64,000 nucleotides of DNA from an uncultured Pseudomonadales bacterium (GCA_964509365.1 CAZDWN010000002.1:167671-231670), one strand, 5' to 3'; shown: positions 10,922-21,301, counted from the stretch's first letter. Notes: generated by a model not told the origin, from the sequence alone. Program-made: numbers and translations.

Positions 10922-12088
10922 ATGAAATATATCGATCGTAGACCACAACTTGCTTCCGACCTATTGGTACAGGTTTCTCCAAATCTGCTCACCACGAAGG
11001 CACAAGTATCAAATAGTGCATTCGAAGCAGTTGAAGAGTATTACGCCCCAACTCAAAATCCGAAACAAACACTCACGGAGGCGGGCTTAAAAGCAAGTTA
11101 TTTTGGATCACAAGCACATCAATTGATGATGTTCTATTTTCTCTTGCAAGAAAAAAATGACTATCCTCATGAGAATGCCAAAGAAGTGAATGATTATCGA
11201 AGCACATATATCGCTGAACCTAACTTTACAGTTCTTCGGGATATTCTCGATTGCTTACATCCACTTTCTTCACATTTAAGCGTCAGAGAGCAAACAGTTC
11301 TTGCAATGAAATGTTGGTTGACAATGCAGGACTTCTCAACAAAAAAAGTTGACCTCCACTTACTTGCAGAAGATGAAAGAGCTCTTCTTCCCGAAGAGAA
11401 GAGAGTTGCACTTTGGATAGATGCTGGAAATCGTTCGAAGCTAACTTCAATTTTGGACACCATAGACGACTTAGCTAAAAATGCTCCAAAGCGTCTGCCG
11501 CGAACCGTACTGTTGGAAAGTCCACACATTGTTTCGTACCTAGACGGTGAATCGGGCATACAGTCGTGGATTCAGCCTGATCGCCTCCAATGGGCCAAAG
11601 ATAAAATGGTTGTCTTCGATTATAAATTCTCACAAAATTCCCTTCTCGAAAATGATTGGACAATTGCGGATTGGATTCAGATTGCATCTTTAGCAATTGT
11701 AGGAAGATTGCGCTCATCTGTGCTTTCGAGGCAAGAATATAGTAGCGTTCTCTCAAAGCCCGGTATGTACACTTTACCCATAGAAAATCTTCCGGAATTT
11801 ATTTGTGATGTCACCGTAGTATATGAGAATCCGCTTCGACGAGACAAAAATGGCATCGAACAAGTAGATGTTACTCTTTCGGAAGAGAAGACTGTTGCAG
11901 TGGTTGAATCACTGAAAAAAATTGCTTCAGATTTTAGACATCCCGACATGCGAAATGGATTTCGGGCATTTTTAAAACAAAGAACGTATGCTTCAAAATT
12001 GTTATCTCCCACTCCTATCCGTGGAAATTTGGAAGACAATGTTCAAGAGATCGCCCAATTAAATCTCTTGTATCAAGCGTATCGATGA
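10922..12088 (+). CDS. Hypothetical protein (388 aa, no recognizable domain)
   Basis: Long clean ORF; no motif I can identify. Confidence 0.4.
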   Translation: MKYIDRRPQLASDLLVQVSPNLLTTKAQVSNSAFEAVEEYYAPTQNPKQTLTEAGLKASYFGSQAHQLMMFYFLLQEKNDYPHENAKEVNDYRSTYIAEPNFTVLRDILDCLHPLSSHLSVREQTVLAMKCWLTMQDFSTKKVDLHLLAEDERALLPEEKRVALWIDAGNRSKLTSILDTIDDLAKNAPKRLPRTVLLESPHIVSYLDGESGIQSWIQPDRLQWAKDKMVVFDYKFSQNSLLENDWTIADWIQIASLAIVGRLRSSVLSRQEYSSVLSKPGMYTLPIENLPEFICDVTVVYENPLRRDKNGIEQVDVTLSEEKTVAVVESLKKIASDFRHPDMRNGFRAFLKQRTYASKLLSPTPIRGNLEDNVQEIAQLNLLYQAYR

Positions 12089-13338
12089 ATGATTCCCACT
12101 CTCATGTATTTTTGTAACACTTCTGGGACTCGAATACTTCCATCCTCATTTTGATAATTCTCAATGATTGCAGCCAAGAGTCGCGGCGTCGCGGCTACCG
12201 TATTATTGAGAGTGTAGACATACTTTGTCGTCCCATCACTCGCTCGGTAGCGCATATTCAGTCGTCTTGCCTGAAAATCATTAAAATATGAGGCAGAGTG
12301 CGTCTCACGAAATGCGTTTTGTCCGGGAAACCACGTCTCGATATCATATTTTTTTCGTTGTCCTGCACCCATATCTCCAGTGCACATAGCCAGTACTTGG
12401 TAGTGAAGTCCGAGTTTTGTCAGCAACTCTTCAGAATATCCCACCATTTTTTCATGCCACTCGCGTGTGACTGTTTCATCTGCCACCGTCAGCACGACTT
12501 GCTCGACTTTGGTAAATTGATGGACACGGAAAAATCCCTTGGTATCTTTGCCGTAACTTCCGACTTCACGTCGATAGCACGGCGAGATGCCCACCATTCT
12601 GACTGGCAAATCCTTTTCATTCATCGTTTCATTTTGGTGATACGCAGTGAGACTGACTTCAGCTGTGCCGATCAGTGCTTGACCGTCTTGAGTGGTGTAG
12701 TGGTCTTCTTGTCCCCATGGAAAATAGCCAGTTCCCCACATCGCTTCCTTATTGACCATCCAAGGCACACTCATCGCTTCAAATCCTTTTTCGATCATGA
12801 GGTTTAATGCAAACTGATGGACTGCCATTTCAAGCATCATCAAGTCTCCTTTGAGGATATACGAGCGACGTCCACCGATAGCGACCGCTTTTTCACTGTC
12901 ATACATACCCAATTCTTCTGCGAGTTCAAAATGCTGTTTTGGAGCAAATGAAAACGATGGTTTTTCGCCGACCGTGCGGACGACGACATTGCCACTCTCG
13001 TCTTTTCCGATCGGAGTATCATCGGAAGCTGGATTTGGAAGTTGATAGAGGAGATTTTGAAAAGCCTCTTCTGCTGTCTTGAGATCTGGTTCGACCGATG
13101 CCAATTGGTTCTTGAACGCTTTTCCTTTCAAGATTTCTTCTTCAGTTGGTTTACGACCCTTGATCGTGCTTGTGTGCTCATTTGCATTTTTTCTAATTTC
13201 TTCAACTGTCGCGATGAGTGATCGACGTTGTTCATCGACGGTCAGCAGTTTGTCTACCAGCGACACATCCATTTGCTTGTCTGCGACTGCCTTCCTATAT
13301 GCTTCTGTATGTTGTTGTATATATTTGATGTCGATCAT
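12073..13338 (-). CDS. serS: Seryl-tRNA synthetase
   Basis: N-terminal coiled-coil arm followed by a class II core (motifs 2 and 3: FRREVGSYGKDTKGFFRVHQFTKVE ... GAGQRKKYDIETWFPGQ). Confidence 0.9.
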   Translation of the reverse strand: MIDIKYIQQHTEAYRKAVADKQMDVSLVDKLLTVDEQRRSLIATVEEIRKNANEHTSTIKGRKPTEEEILKGKAFKNQLASVEPDLKTAEEAFQNLLYQLPNPASDDTPIGKDESGNVVVRTVGEKPSFSFAPKQHFELAEELGMYDSEKAVAIGGRRSYILKGDLMMLEMAVHQFALNLMIEKGFEAMSVPWMVNKEAMWGTGYFPWGQEDHYTTQDGQALIGTAEVSLTAYHQNETMNEKDLPVRMVGISPCYRREVGSYGKDTKGFFRVHQFTKVEQVVLTVADETVTREWHEKMVGYSEELLTKLGLHYQVLAMCTGDMGAGQRKKYDIETWFPGQNAFRETHSASYFNDFQARRLNMRYRASDGTTKYVYTLNNTVAATPRLLAAIIENYQNEDGSIRVPEVLQKYMRVGIIHRYA

Positions 13339-13344
13339 AGATTG

Positions 13345-13584
13345 TTAGAGCTTCTGAAATGCTATGGCACGAATTATTGTTGGGGAGAGTTCGTCCATGG
13401 ATGACGGCATCTCAATTTTCTGAGCATGAGCATAGTCGGCGAGTAAGTCCATCGCGAATGGAATTATAGATTTCTCGTCAAAGAAGGTATGTGGCTTCTC
13501 TGCTCGGACCACTTCCAAGATTGCAGCGCTAAACGCTGAAACAAATTTGAATCTCTCCTGACTGATTACTGGGATTTCTGTCAT
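13345..13584 (-). CDS. Small hypothetical protein (79 aa) between the T-box leader and serS
   Basis: ATG at 13582-13584 is preceded by GGAGGAAG. It is the C-terminal in-frame part of the 145-aa track ORF. Confidence 0.4.
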   Translation of the reverse strand: MTEIPVISQERFKFVSAFSAAILEVVRAEKPHTFFDEKSIIPFAMDLLADYAHAQKIEMPSSMDELSPTIIRAIAFQKL

Positions 13585-13599
13585 AACTTCCTCCTTTTG

Positions 13600-13805
13600 G
13601 TATAAAAAAACCACGACTAAAACATCCTGTAAGGACGCTTCCGCGTGGTGCCACCTTATTTTACCGTGTATCGAAACGAAGTTTCTGGTACTGCGGTCTT
13701 CATGCCAGCTATCTCGGGCTTGCCCGTCCCGTATTGATTGGGGATGCTTGAGATGGATGCTACTCCCTCTCATCGCGTTCAAAATTACTTTTATTGTATC
13801 ACTTT
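13600..13805 (-). promoter_or_regulatory. Putative T-box riboswitch leader (tRNA-sensing antiterminator) upstream of the small ORF and serS
   Basis: On the minus strand, GCGATGAGAGGGAGTAGCA closely resembles the B. subtilis glyQS stem I base (GCGAUGAGAAGAAGAGUA, GA/K-turn plus AG box). A short hairpin GAAACTTCGTTTC follows, then AATAAGGTGGCACCACGCGG matching the T-box consensus AANNAGGGUGGNACCGCGG. A terminator hairpin ACCACG...CGTGGT plus TTTTTTT sits right before the RBS. The UGGC bulge would pair with a G73 discriminator, as in tRNA-Ser. Confidence 0.5.
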
Positions 13806-13822
13806 CTGAGTGGGATACTGAC

Positions 13823-14149
13823 TCAGAGTATAAAATCCTTATCTACTCTAACATCGATGCCAGTTTTATACAGTATTGCGAGCCGAATATAATATTCCTT
13901 TTCTTCCTCCTTTAGCATTTCCCAGGTTCGCTTTATCGCCAGATTTTTCATATCTTGCCCATGAAGGGCCACGGCCTCGTAATAAAAGGAAAAATACTGT
14001 CCGGTCGAAAAGTGAGAAAAGATTTCAGTAGCAATCAATCGCAGCTCTAGCATTTCAAGACCGTAGGAGTTTTGTTGAGCTGATTCAAGCTGCATGTTGA
14101 GTATTAGAGTCCGATTATTTTTGCATCCTTTTGCATAGCTTCCAGACAC
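13823..14149 (-). CDS. Hypothetical protein
   Basis: 108-aa ORF. Confidence 0.3.
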   Translation of the reverse strand: MSGSYAKGCKNNRTLILNMQLESAQQNSYGLEMLELRLIATEIFSHFSTGQYFSFYYEAVALHGQDMKNLAIKRTWEMLKEEEKEYYIRLAILYKTGIDVRVDKDFIL

Positions 14150-16269
14150 ACTCTGGCCAGAGTCTCGAGATCGATATTGAGATGCTCGATGCCTTCCAGG
14201 ATCTCATCGCGAGTAGCTCCTTTTGCGAATCCTTTCTCTTTGAACTTACGCAAAACTCGTTCGAGCGTCACATCGGCAAGCTTTTTACTCGGCATGACGA
14301 GCGCGCAGGCGACTATAATACCGGTCATATGATCACATGCATACAGTGACCATTCCATGAGGGTCGATGGCAACCGTTGATTTGCGACGCGTGAGTAGTT
14401 ATGAGTGCGGACACTATCTCCCCACATGTCGTCTACTCCAAGTCTTTCCAATGCCTCACTCAGCACGACTGTATGTTGGTCAAATGCTGACTCTGTCTTC
14501 TCCCAGTCCGCATCATGGATGAGTCCAATGATCTTCCAACTTTCTTTCGATTCGTTGACTTCATTTGGTCGTTCGTTCGAAAAATAGTCCCACAAGCCGC
14601 CCATCGCCGATTCAACTGCTTTCATGTGCCCTCGCAAGCCGTTATTCTGTACCAATGATTCCAGCAAGGTCATCGCTTGGTCGCGAGAAAGACTTATTTG
14701 TTTCTTGTCATCCTGGCTTGTCCAGGATCTTTTTGGCCCGGATTCCGGACGCACTTCGTTTGCCGGAATGACGAGTTTTACATTTTTTCCCATGAGCATC
14801 TCAGTCATGCGAACTTGGTCAGCTGTCGGTCGCAAGGTCGGGAATGCGATCACTTCTTTGATCGACCATGTGTTGGTCAAGAACATCACCAGTCGATCAA
14901 TGCCCATACCGATCCCACCGAGCGGTGGCATACCATATTCCATGGCTTCGACGAAATCTTCATCGAGCGGCTGCGCTTCGTCATCTCCCTCTCGCATGTT
15001 TTTCTGTTCGTTCTCAAAACGAGCGCGCTGATCGAGACTGTCGGTGATCTCACTCCAGCCATCGGCCATTTCTTTCGTCCCGACATACAGTTCAAATCGT
15101 TCGACGAAGCCATCCGCATTGCGGTGTGCTTTTGCCAGTGGACTGACTTCTTTCGGGTAATCGATGATCCACGTCGGATTTAAGAGATTCGGCGTCACTA
15201 ACTTGTCAAATATCGCAAAGATCGCCTTGCCTCGCGAAAAAGAGCCTGTCGTCTCGAGTCTATGAGCTTTTAGTTTCTCTTGTATCTCATCATCTGATAC
15301 ATGATCCATGTTCCATGATAAATACTTCTCTATTGCATCCACCATTCGAAGCCGTGGCCAATTGCCTTCCAAACTGATCGTCGTCTCGCCTACTGAAAGT
15401 TCGAGACTCCCATTCACTTTTTCCGCGAGATGCTTGATCAGTCCCTCAGCTGTATCCATCATCGTCTGGTAGTCAGCGTAGGCGTGATACCACTCGATCA
15501 TCGTAAACTCAGGTTGGTGAGTTTGATCGATGCCCTCGTTGCGGAAGTTTCTGGCGATCTCAAACAATCGTTCATACCCACCGACGATCAATCGCTTCAA
15601 ATACAGCTCTGGAGCGATGCGCAGGTAAAAATTACTATCAAGTGCATTCATGTGGGTGGTAAATGGCTTCGCATTCGTCCCACCATACAGTGGTTGTAAG
15701 ACCGGTGTCTCTACTTCGACGAAATTATGGATATCTTGCAGGTACCTGCGCAGTTCCTTTTCGATCAAGAATCGGTCATCAAGCACTTTTTTGACCTTTG
15801 GGTCGATGAGCATGTCGAGGTATCGCTTGCGAAAACGAATTTCTTTGTCGTCTATACCTTGGAAGGTAGCTGGGACAGCCCGAAGCGCTTTGGAGAGCAC
15901 TTGATAGGAATCTGCTTCAATGGTGATCTCTCCTGTTTTTGACTCAATCACTTTACCCGAGACTCCCACGAAATCTGAGGCATCGATCAAGTTCACAAGG
16001 GTCTTGTAGTGATCTTCCCCGACATTCTCTTCCTTCACCATGACTTGGATGCTGCCACTATGGTCGGTCAGAGTTAAGAAAGTGACTTTGCCGTGCTCTC
16101 GCTTACTCATGATCCGGCCAGCAGTTTGCACGTCGCTCCCGAGCGATTCACGGCATGACTGAAGCGTAAAGGTTTTCGCGAATGAGTAGGGATGCACATT
16201 GATCCCAAGTGCTTCCAGTTGTTCTCTCTTTTGCTTCTTTGCTTGGATGGTTTCTTCGAGTCTAGACAT
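14104..16269 (-). CDS. lysS: Lysyl-tRNA synthetase (class II) fused in-frame to a C-terminal HD-domain phosphohydrolase
   Basis: Residues 1 to about 497 are a canonical LysRS (OB anticodon-binding domain, FRNEGIDQTHQPEFTMIEWY, GGIGMGIDRLVMFL, ending ...IAFPTLRP). About 45 residues of linker follow, then an HD domain (RGHMKAV ... IGLIHDADW ... CDHM). One continuous 721-aa ORF. Confidence 0.8.
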   Translation of the reverse strand: MSRLEETIQAKKQKREQLEALGINVHPYSFAKTFTLQSCRESLGSDVQTAGRIMSKREHGKVTFLTLTDHSGSIQVMVKEENVGEDHYKTLVNLIDASDFVGVSGKVIESKTGEITIEADSYQVLSKALRAVPATFQGIDDKEIRFRKRYLDMLIDPKVKKVLDDRFLIEKELRRYLQDIHNFVEVETPVLQPLYGGTNAKPFTTHMNALDSNFYLRIAPELYLKRLIVGGYERLFEIARNFRNEGIDQTHQPEFTMIEWYHAYADYQTMMDTAEGLIKHLAEKVNGSLELSVGETTISLEGNWPRLRMVDAIEKYLSWNMDHVSDDEIQEKLKAHRLETTGSFSRGKAIFAIFDKLVTPNLLNPTWIIDYPKEVSPLAKAHRNADGFVERFELYVGTKEMADGWSEITDSLDQRARFENEQKNMREGDDEAQPLDEDFVEAMEYGMPPLGGIGMGIDRLVMFLTNTWSIKEVIAFPTLRPTADQVRMTEMLMGKNVKLVIPANEVRPESGPKRSWTSQDDKKQISLSRDQAMTLLESLVQNNGLRGHMKAVESAMGGLWDYFSNERPNEVNESKESWKIIGLIHDADWEKTESAFDQHTVVLSEALERLGVDDMWGDSVRTHNYSRVANQRLPSTLMEWSLYACDHMTGIIVACALVMPSKKLADVTLERVLRKFKEKGFAKGATRDEILEGIEHLNIDLETLARVCLEAMQKDAKIIGL
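14706..14772. repeat. Copy A of a ~60-70 nt double-hairpin repeat (TGTCATCCTGGCTTGTCCAGGATCTTT...GATTCCGG...CCGGAATGAC), lying in-frame in the lysS-HD linker
   Basis: Its 28-nt core is identical to 24214-24241. It carries two internal inverted repeats (ATCCTGG/CCAGGAT and ATTCCGG/CCGGAAT) flanked by GTCAT/ATGAC. Confidence 0.7.
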
Positions 16270-16271
16270 AA

Positions 16272-16607
16272 TTATTCCCTCGGCTTTAACATCAATACCT
16301 CTTCATTTTTCACTTTTTGCCAAAACTCATTCCATTGTTTCATGGCAAGTGTAGAAATTACTTCTCCATTTACTGACATCGATACAGGTGACAATTTCTC
16401 CCCTTTGTTTGTACGCTCCACTTTGGTGAGTGGCACCGAGCCTCCACCGAAGAATTCAAAATAGAGACTTTGCAGTAAAGGATAATCGCTTGATTTTACT
16501 AAGATTTGCCGATACTTCTCGTTTTCCTTTAGAAGACGTACCGTGTCTCTCATTTCTGTTACAGTTGCCATGATCAGATTATAGCTCAAAAAACTTGACT
16601 TGCCCAA
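16272..16607 (-). CDS. Hypothetical protein
   Basis: 111-aa ORF overlapping the start of the upstream methyltransferase gene. Confidence 0.3.
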   Translation of the reverse strand: MGKSSFLSYNLIMATVTEMRDTVRLLKENEKYRQILVKSSDYPLLQSLYFEFFGGGSVPLTKVERTNKGEKLSPVSMSVNGEVISTLAMKQWNEFWQKVKNEEVLMLKPRE

Positions 16608-17085
16608 TTACTTTTGTAGGCTTTACGCCAGGGACTTCATGCACATAGCTGATAAACCATTTTGCCTTTGAAGCTTCTTGCTTCACTTTGTCATAAAGCC
16701 TTTTGGTGTGGAGAATGGTAAAAAATGTGAAGACGACATCAGCCGTATCCAGTTTTGCTGTCCAGATATCTGTCAAGTGGAGTTCGACTTTGGCACTGTA
16801 CGGACGTAGTTTCCACCATACTTGCAAAAATCGAAACGGATCGAGTTCATATCCGATGACTTTACCAGCTCCTGCATGGAGAGCTGCTTCGAGGACTTCC
16901 CCATAGCCAAAGCCAAGGTCGATGAAAATATCTCCAGGTTTCAGGACAGTGAGCGCGGACTTGACATCTTTTTGAGGAGTGGGGATGTAATTGCATCCCC
17001 GATAGACCATGTACGAGATCAACACCATGTAGGCTATGACTCCAAGGAGAACGAGTAACATGACCAACTGAAAAACAATGAGCAT
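16579..17085 (-). CDS. Membrane-anchored class I SAM-dependent methyltransferase-like protein
   Basis: N-terminal TM helix and motif I DIFIDLGFGYGEVLEAALHAGAGKVIGYELDP. Confidence 0.5.
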   Translation of the reverse strand: MLIVFQLVMLLVLLGVIAYMVLISYMVYRGCNYIPTPQKDVKSALTVLKPGDIFIDLGFGYGEVLEAALHAGAGKVIGYELDPFRFLQVWWKLRPYSAKVELHLTDIWTAKLDTADVVFTFFTILHTKRLYDKVKQEASKAKWFISYVHEVPGVKPTKVIGQVKFFEL

Positions 17086-17160
17086 ATGACTCTGATCACC
17101 TGACCCGCCTGCAAAAGCTGATGCTTTAGCATCTGCGGGCAGGTCATCTGATCTACTGGT

Positions 17161-17631
17161 CTACTCTATTTCAGCGATTTTGTATTTGACCTTGCCAGCG
17201 GGCGCTTCGACTTCGATCTCTTCGCCGACCTTTTTGCCGACCAATGCGGTACCAAGCGGAGAACTTTCAGAAATTTTCTTTTCGGCCGGATTTGCTTCCC
17301 ACTCACCGACGATCTTGTAGGTGTGCTTGGATTTACCGATGTGGACAGTGACAGTCGATCCAATTGCGACAGTGGTGCGACCTTTTTTGGTCTTTACCAC
17401 TTTCGCTTTGTTGACGAGGACTTCAAGCTCAGAGATTCGGCCCTCCATAAATGCCAAGTCTTCTCTGGCTGCGTGATATTCGCTGTTTTCGGAAAGATCG
17501 CCAAAAGATCGGGCGGTCGCCACGCGCTCGATAGCCACTGGAAGTTTCACATCCTTGAGCTCGGTGAGCTCTGTGACTATTTCGTCGTATCCTTCTTGTG
17601 TGAGCACCACATCATCGGTGATGGTGTTCAT
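17161..17631 (-). CDS. greA: Transcription elongation factor GreA
   Basis: N-terminal coiled coil LTQEGYDEIVTELTELK...SFGDLSENSEYHAAREDLAFMEGRISELE and a C-terminal FKBP-like domain. Confidence 0.85.
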   Translation of the reverse strand: MNTITDDVVLTQEGYDEIVTELTELKDVKLPVAIERVATARSFGDLSENSEYHAAREDLAFMEGRISELEVLVNKAKVVKTKKGRTTVAIGSTVTVHIGKSKHTYKIVGEWEANPAEKKISESSPLGTALVGKKVGEEIEVEAPAGKVKYKIAEIE

Positions 17632-17653
17632 AGTGACCTCCCTTGTAACAAAA

Positions 17654-17676
17654 GTCCCGCTAGAGCGGGGAAATAT
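17654..17676 (-). terminator. Rho-independent terminator downstream of atpC (CCCGCTCTAGCGGG followed by ACTTTTGTT on the minus strand)
   Basis: GC-rich hairpin plus a T-tract in the atpC-greA spacer. Confidence 0.45.
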
Positions 17677-17755
17677 TTACGTCAATTCAAGAAATTGTAC
17701 AGAGTTCTACAGCATTGTCTAGGACCTAGCATTGTTTATTAGAGGCCCCTATACT

Positions 17756-18172
17756 CTAGTGAGAATTCTTGCGACGGTTGGCCACTTTGAGCTCCAAGAT
17801 CGCTCGTCGCAGACTACTTTCGATGATCTTCATCTCTGTATTTGATAGTTTCTCATTTTGCATCGCCTCATAGGCTTTTTTGCGAGCTTCTTCGGCCTTT
17901 GCCTCATTGATGTCTTCGCTACGCACAGCTGCGTCAGCGAGCACGACGATCTTATTACCTGGCTCCACGTTGAGGAATCCCCCAGTGATCGCGAGGCTCT
18001 TCACTTGCCCTTTGATGCGGTAGACAAACTCCGTATCAGACAACTTAGTCATCAGTGGGATATGCCCTGGCAATATCGTCACTTCGCCAGTGGTGGTCAT
18101 GGCAGTGATAGAATCAACTTCTACGTTGAGAAGTTCTTTTTCTTGAGTGACGATGGTCAGTTGCATGGTCAT
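17756..18172 (-). CDS. atpC: F1Fo ATP synthase epsilon subunit
   Basis: 138 aa with a beta-sandwich N-terminus (LTIVTQEKELLNVEVDSITAMTTTGEVTILPGHIPLMTKL) and a helical C-terminus. Confidence 0.85.
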   Translation of the reverse strand: MTMQLTIVTQEKELLNVEVDSITAMTTTGEVTILPGHIPLMTKLSDTEFVYRIKGQVKSLAITGGFLNVEPGNKIVVLADAAVRSEDINEAKAEEARKKAYEAMQNEKLSNTEMKIIESSLRRAILELKVANRRKNSH

Positions 18173-18181
18173 AAATTAAAT

Positions 18182-18406
18182 TTAGTTGTGACTTGAACCT
18201 ATTATGTGTTTCCCCTGGGCCATTGAAACCAAATGAATGGAAAGTCCGTTGAGCTCACCAGTTGTACTGAGCATGTCAGCCAATGCACTCATAAATTTTG
18301 CATCACCGGAGAGTGTGGAAATGATCTCAGCCGCCTGAGAATCTAGTGATTCCTTTGCAACTGGCGCATGCACTTCGGGCACAAGTTCATTTGTTTCCAA
18401 AAACAT
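18182..18406 (-). CDS. Hypothetical protein
   Basis: 74-aa ORF within the atp gene string. Confidence 0.3.
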   Translation of the reverse strand: MFLETNELVPEVHAPVAKESLDSQAAEIISTLSGDAKFMSALADMLSTTGELNGLSIHLVSMAQGKHIIGSSHN

Positions 18407-18420
18407 ATGATCTCCAATTA

Positions 18421-18720
18421 TTAAATTGTTTTACTTGATAAATCAATGATAAGATCTTCATTATCATCGGGTGCGGCGATATTCATCCCTCGCTCTCCAC
18501 ACCGTTTACATTCAAAGACGATCTGCGTCTTCCCATTGCGGATCTTTAACCCAATCGGTCGCATCACACCTCCACATCCATTGAGTCTATCTCCCGGCTG
18601 TCTATCGACATGCAGTGACGTCAGACAGTAGTTGCAGTGATTTCGACTGCTGGTCGGATGTGGCAAGACTTGTCTGCTGCAATGCACGCACACGAATCCT
18701 TGGTTGTTTTCAATGAACAT
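18421..18720 (-). CDS. RNHCP domain protein (Cys-rich zinc-ribbon-like)
   Basis: RNHCNYC...CGGVMRPIGLKIRNGKTQIVFECKRCGE matches the RNHCP signature. Confidence 0.5.
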   Translation of the reverse strand: MFIENNQGFVCVHCSRQVLPHPTSSRNHCNYCLTSLHVDRQPGDRLNGCGGVMRPIGLKIRNGKTQIVFECKRCGERGMNIAAPDDNEDLIIDLSSKTI

Positions 18721-18754
18721 GTTTTAAAGTATCAAGTATCGATTTCTCAAGGCC

Positions 18755-18988
18755 TCATCGAATTATATGTCCGTCACGCACTAACTTTAACATTACCGTA
18801 TCTCTCAGTGCACGCAACTCACTGATTTCCTGTGGAGAAAATCCATTGGCAGCTAGTCTTGCCTCATCAAAGTCCGGGACACTCATATCCTGTACGCTCA
18901 CAGCGTTGTCCATTCTTTTTTCTGTAGCCAAACCACGAATGATTTGATTTGCAGCAGTGATTTGAGATAAGTTTTTTTCTCTATCCAT
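18755..18988 (-). CDS. Hypothetical protein
   Basis: 77-aa ORF between atpD and the RNHCP gene. Confidence 0.3.
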   Translation of the reverse strand: MDREKNLSQITAANQIIRGLATEKRMDNAVSVQDMSVPDFDEARLAANGFSPQEISELRALRDTVMLKLVRDGHIIR

Positions 18989-19015
18989 ATGTATTGGTAC
19001 TTGTTCGTTGTTACT

Positions 19016-20416
<1,401 letters not shown>

Positions 20417-21301
20417 TTATTTCAAAGCTAATGCGGCTGTGGTTATATCCAATAATTCTGACGTAATTCCTGCTTGTCGACTCTTATTATACTCGAGTTT
20501 TAGATTCCCTACGATCTCTTTTGCATTGTCCGAAGCATTCTTCATCGCGACCATACGAGCACTGTGTTCACTCGCCTTGGCTTCCAGCATGATTTGAAAG
20601 AATCCATTTTCGGTGTAAAACGGCAATAAGAAATCCAAAATATCTTGAGGTGACGGTTCGAATGTATACTCCATCTTCGAGAGAGGTTCGGTCTTTGGTT
20701 GTGGCTGCATACCCTCTGCTTCGACCTCTTTGATCGCGATCGGGAGGAGCATGTTCACTTCTGGGCTTTGAGACAACGTACTGACAAACTGCATGTGAAG
20801 TGAGCGAACACTACTAAACTCGCCTTTCAAAAATCCTTTGACGAAGATTTCTGCTATCGGCAAGATATCGGAAAGCACGAGTTTGTCACCAAGACCAGAA
20901 AAGTCTGCGACGAGGGGATAGCCATATTTGATGGCAAACTCACGCGCTCTGCGGCCGACGGCGATAATTTTTGGATTTCGCATCGTCGAAAGTAACTCAT
21001 TTGCGGCACGGAACAGATTTGTGTTCAAACTGCCAGCGAGTCCTTTATCGGTCGAGACCAAGATCAAGAGTTCGGGTGCAGTTGGGTTGCCATGCTGCAA
21101 CAAGACATGAAGTCCAGAGTCCGCATTTGAACCGATAGTATGAAGCATTTCAAGGAGTTTGTGTGTGTATGGACGGCTCGCCAAAGCTTGCTCTTGGCTT
21201 CGACGCATCTTACTTGCTGCCACCATTTCCATCGCCTTGGTGATCTTTGCGATGTTTGTAGCTGACTTGATGCGGGATTTTATGAGTCGTGCTTGCGCCA
21301 T
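20417..21301 (-). CDS. atpG: F1Fo ATP synthase gamma subunit
   Basis: 294 aa with an N-terminal MAQARLIKSRIKSATNIAKITKAMEMVAASKMRR and the C-terminal helix typical of gamma. Confidence 0.9.
   Translation of the reverse strand: MAQARLIKSRIKSATNIAKITKAMEMVAASKMRRSQEQALASRPYTHKLLEMLHTIGSNADSGLHVLLQHGNPTAPELLILVSTDKGLAGSLNTNLFRAANELLSTMRNPKIIAVGRRAREFAIKYGYPLVADFSGLGDKLVLSDILPIAEIFVKGFLKGEFSSVRSLHMQFVSTLSQSPEVNMLLPIAIKEVEAEGMQPQPKTEPLSKMEYTFEPSPQDILDFLLPFYTENGFFQIMLEAKASEHSARMVAMKNASDNAKEIVGNLKLEYNKSRQAGITSELLDITTAALALK

Noticed and set aside
13600-13805. Possible tRNA or SRP/4.5S RNA in the serS upstream spacer
   Set aside because: There is no T-arm GTTCRANYC or acceptor/CCA architecture and no clean SRP domain IV motif. 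The GA-motif, T-box consensus and terminator features fit a T-box leader much better.
17095-17150. Palindromic region downstream of greA (GATGCTTTAGCATC within an imperfect longer inverted repeat) as a terminator
   Set aside because: The stem is imperfect and no clear T-tract follows, so there is insufficient support to call it a terminator.
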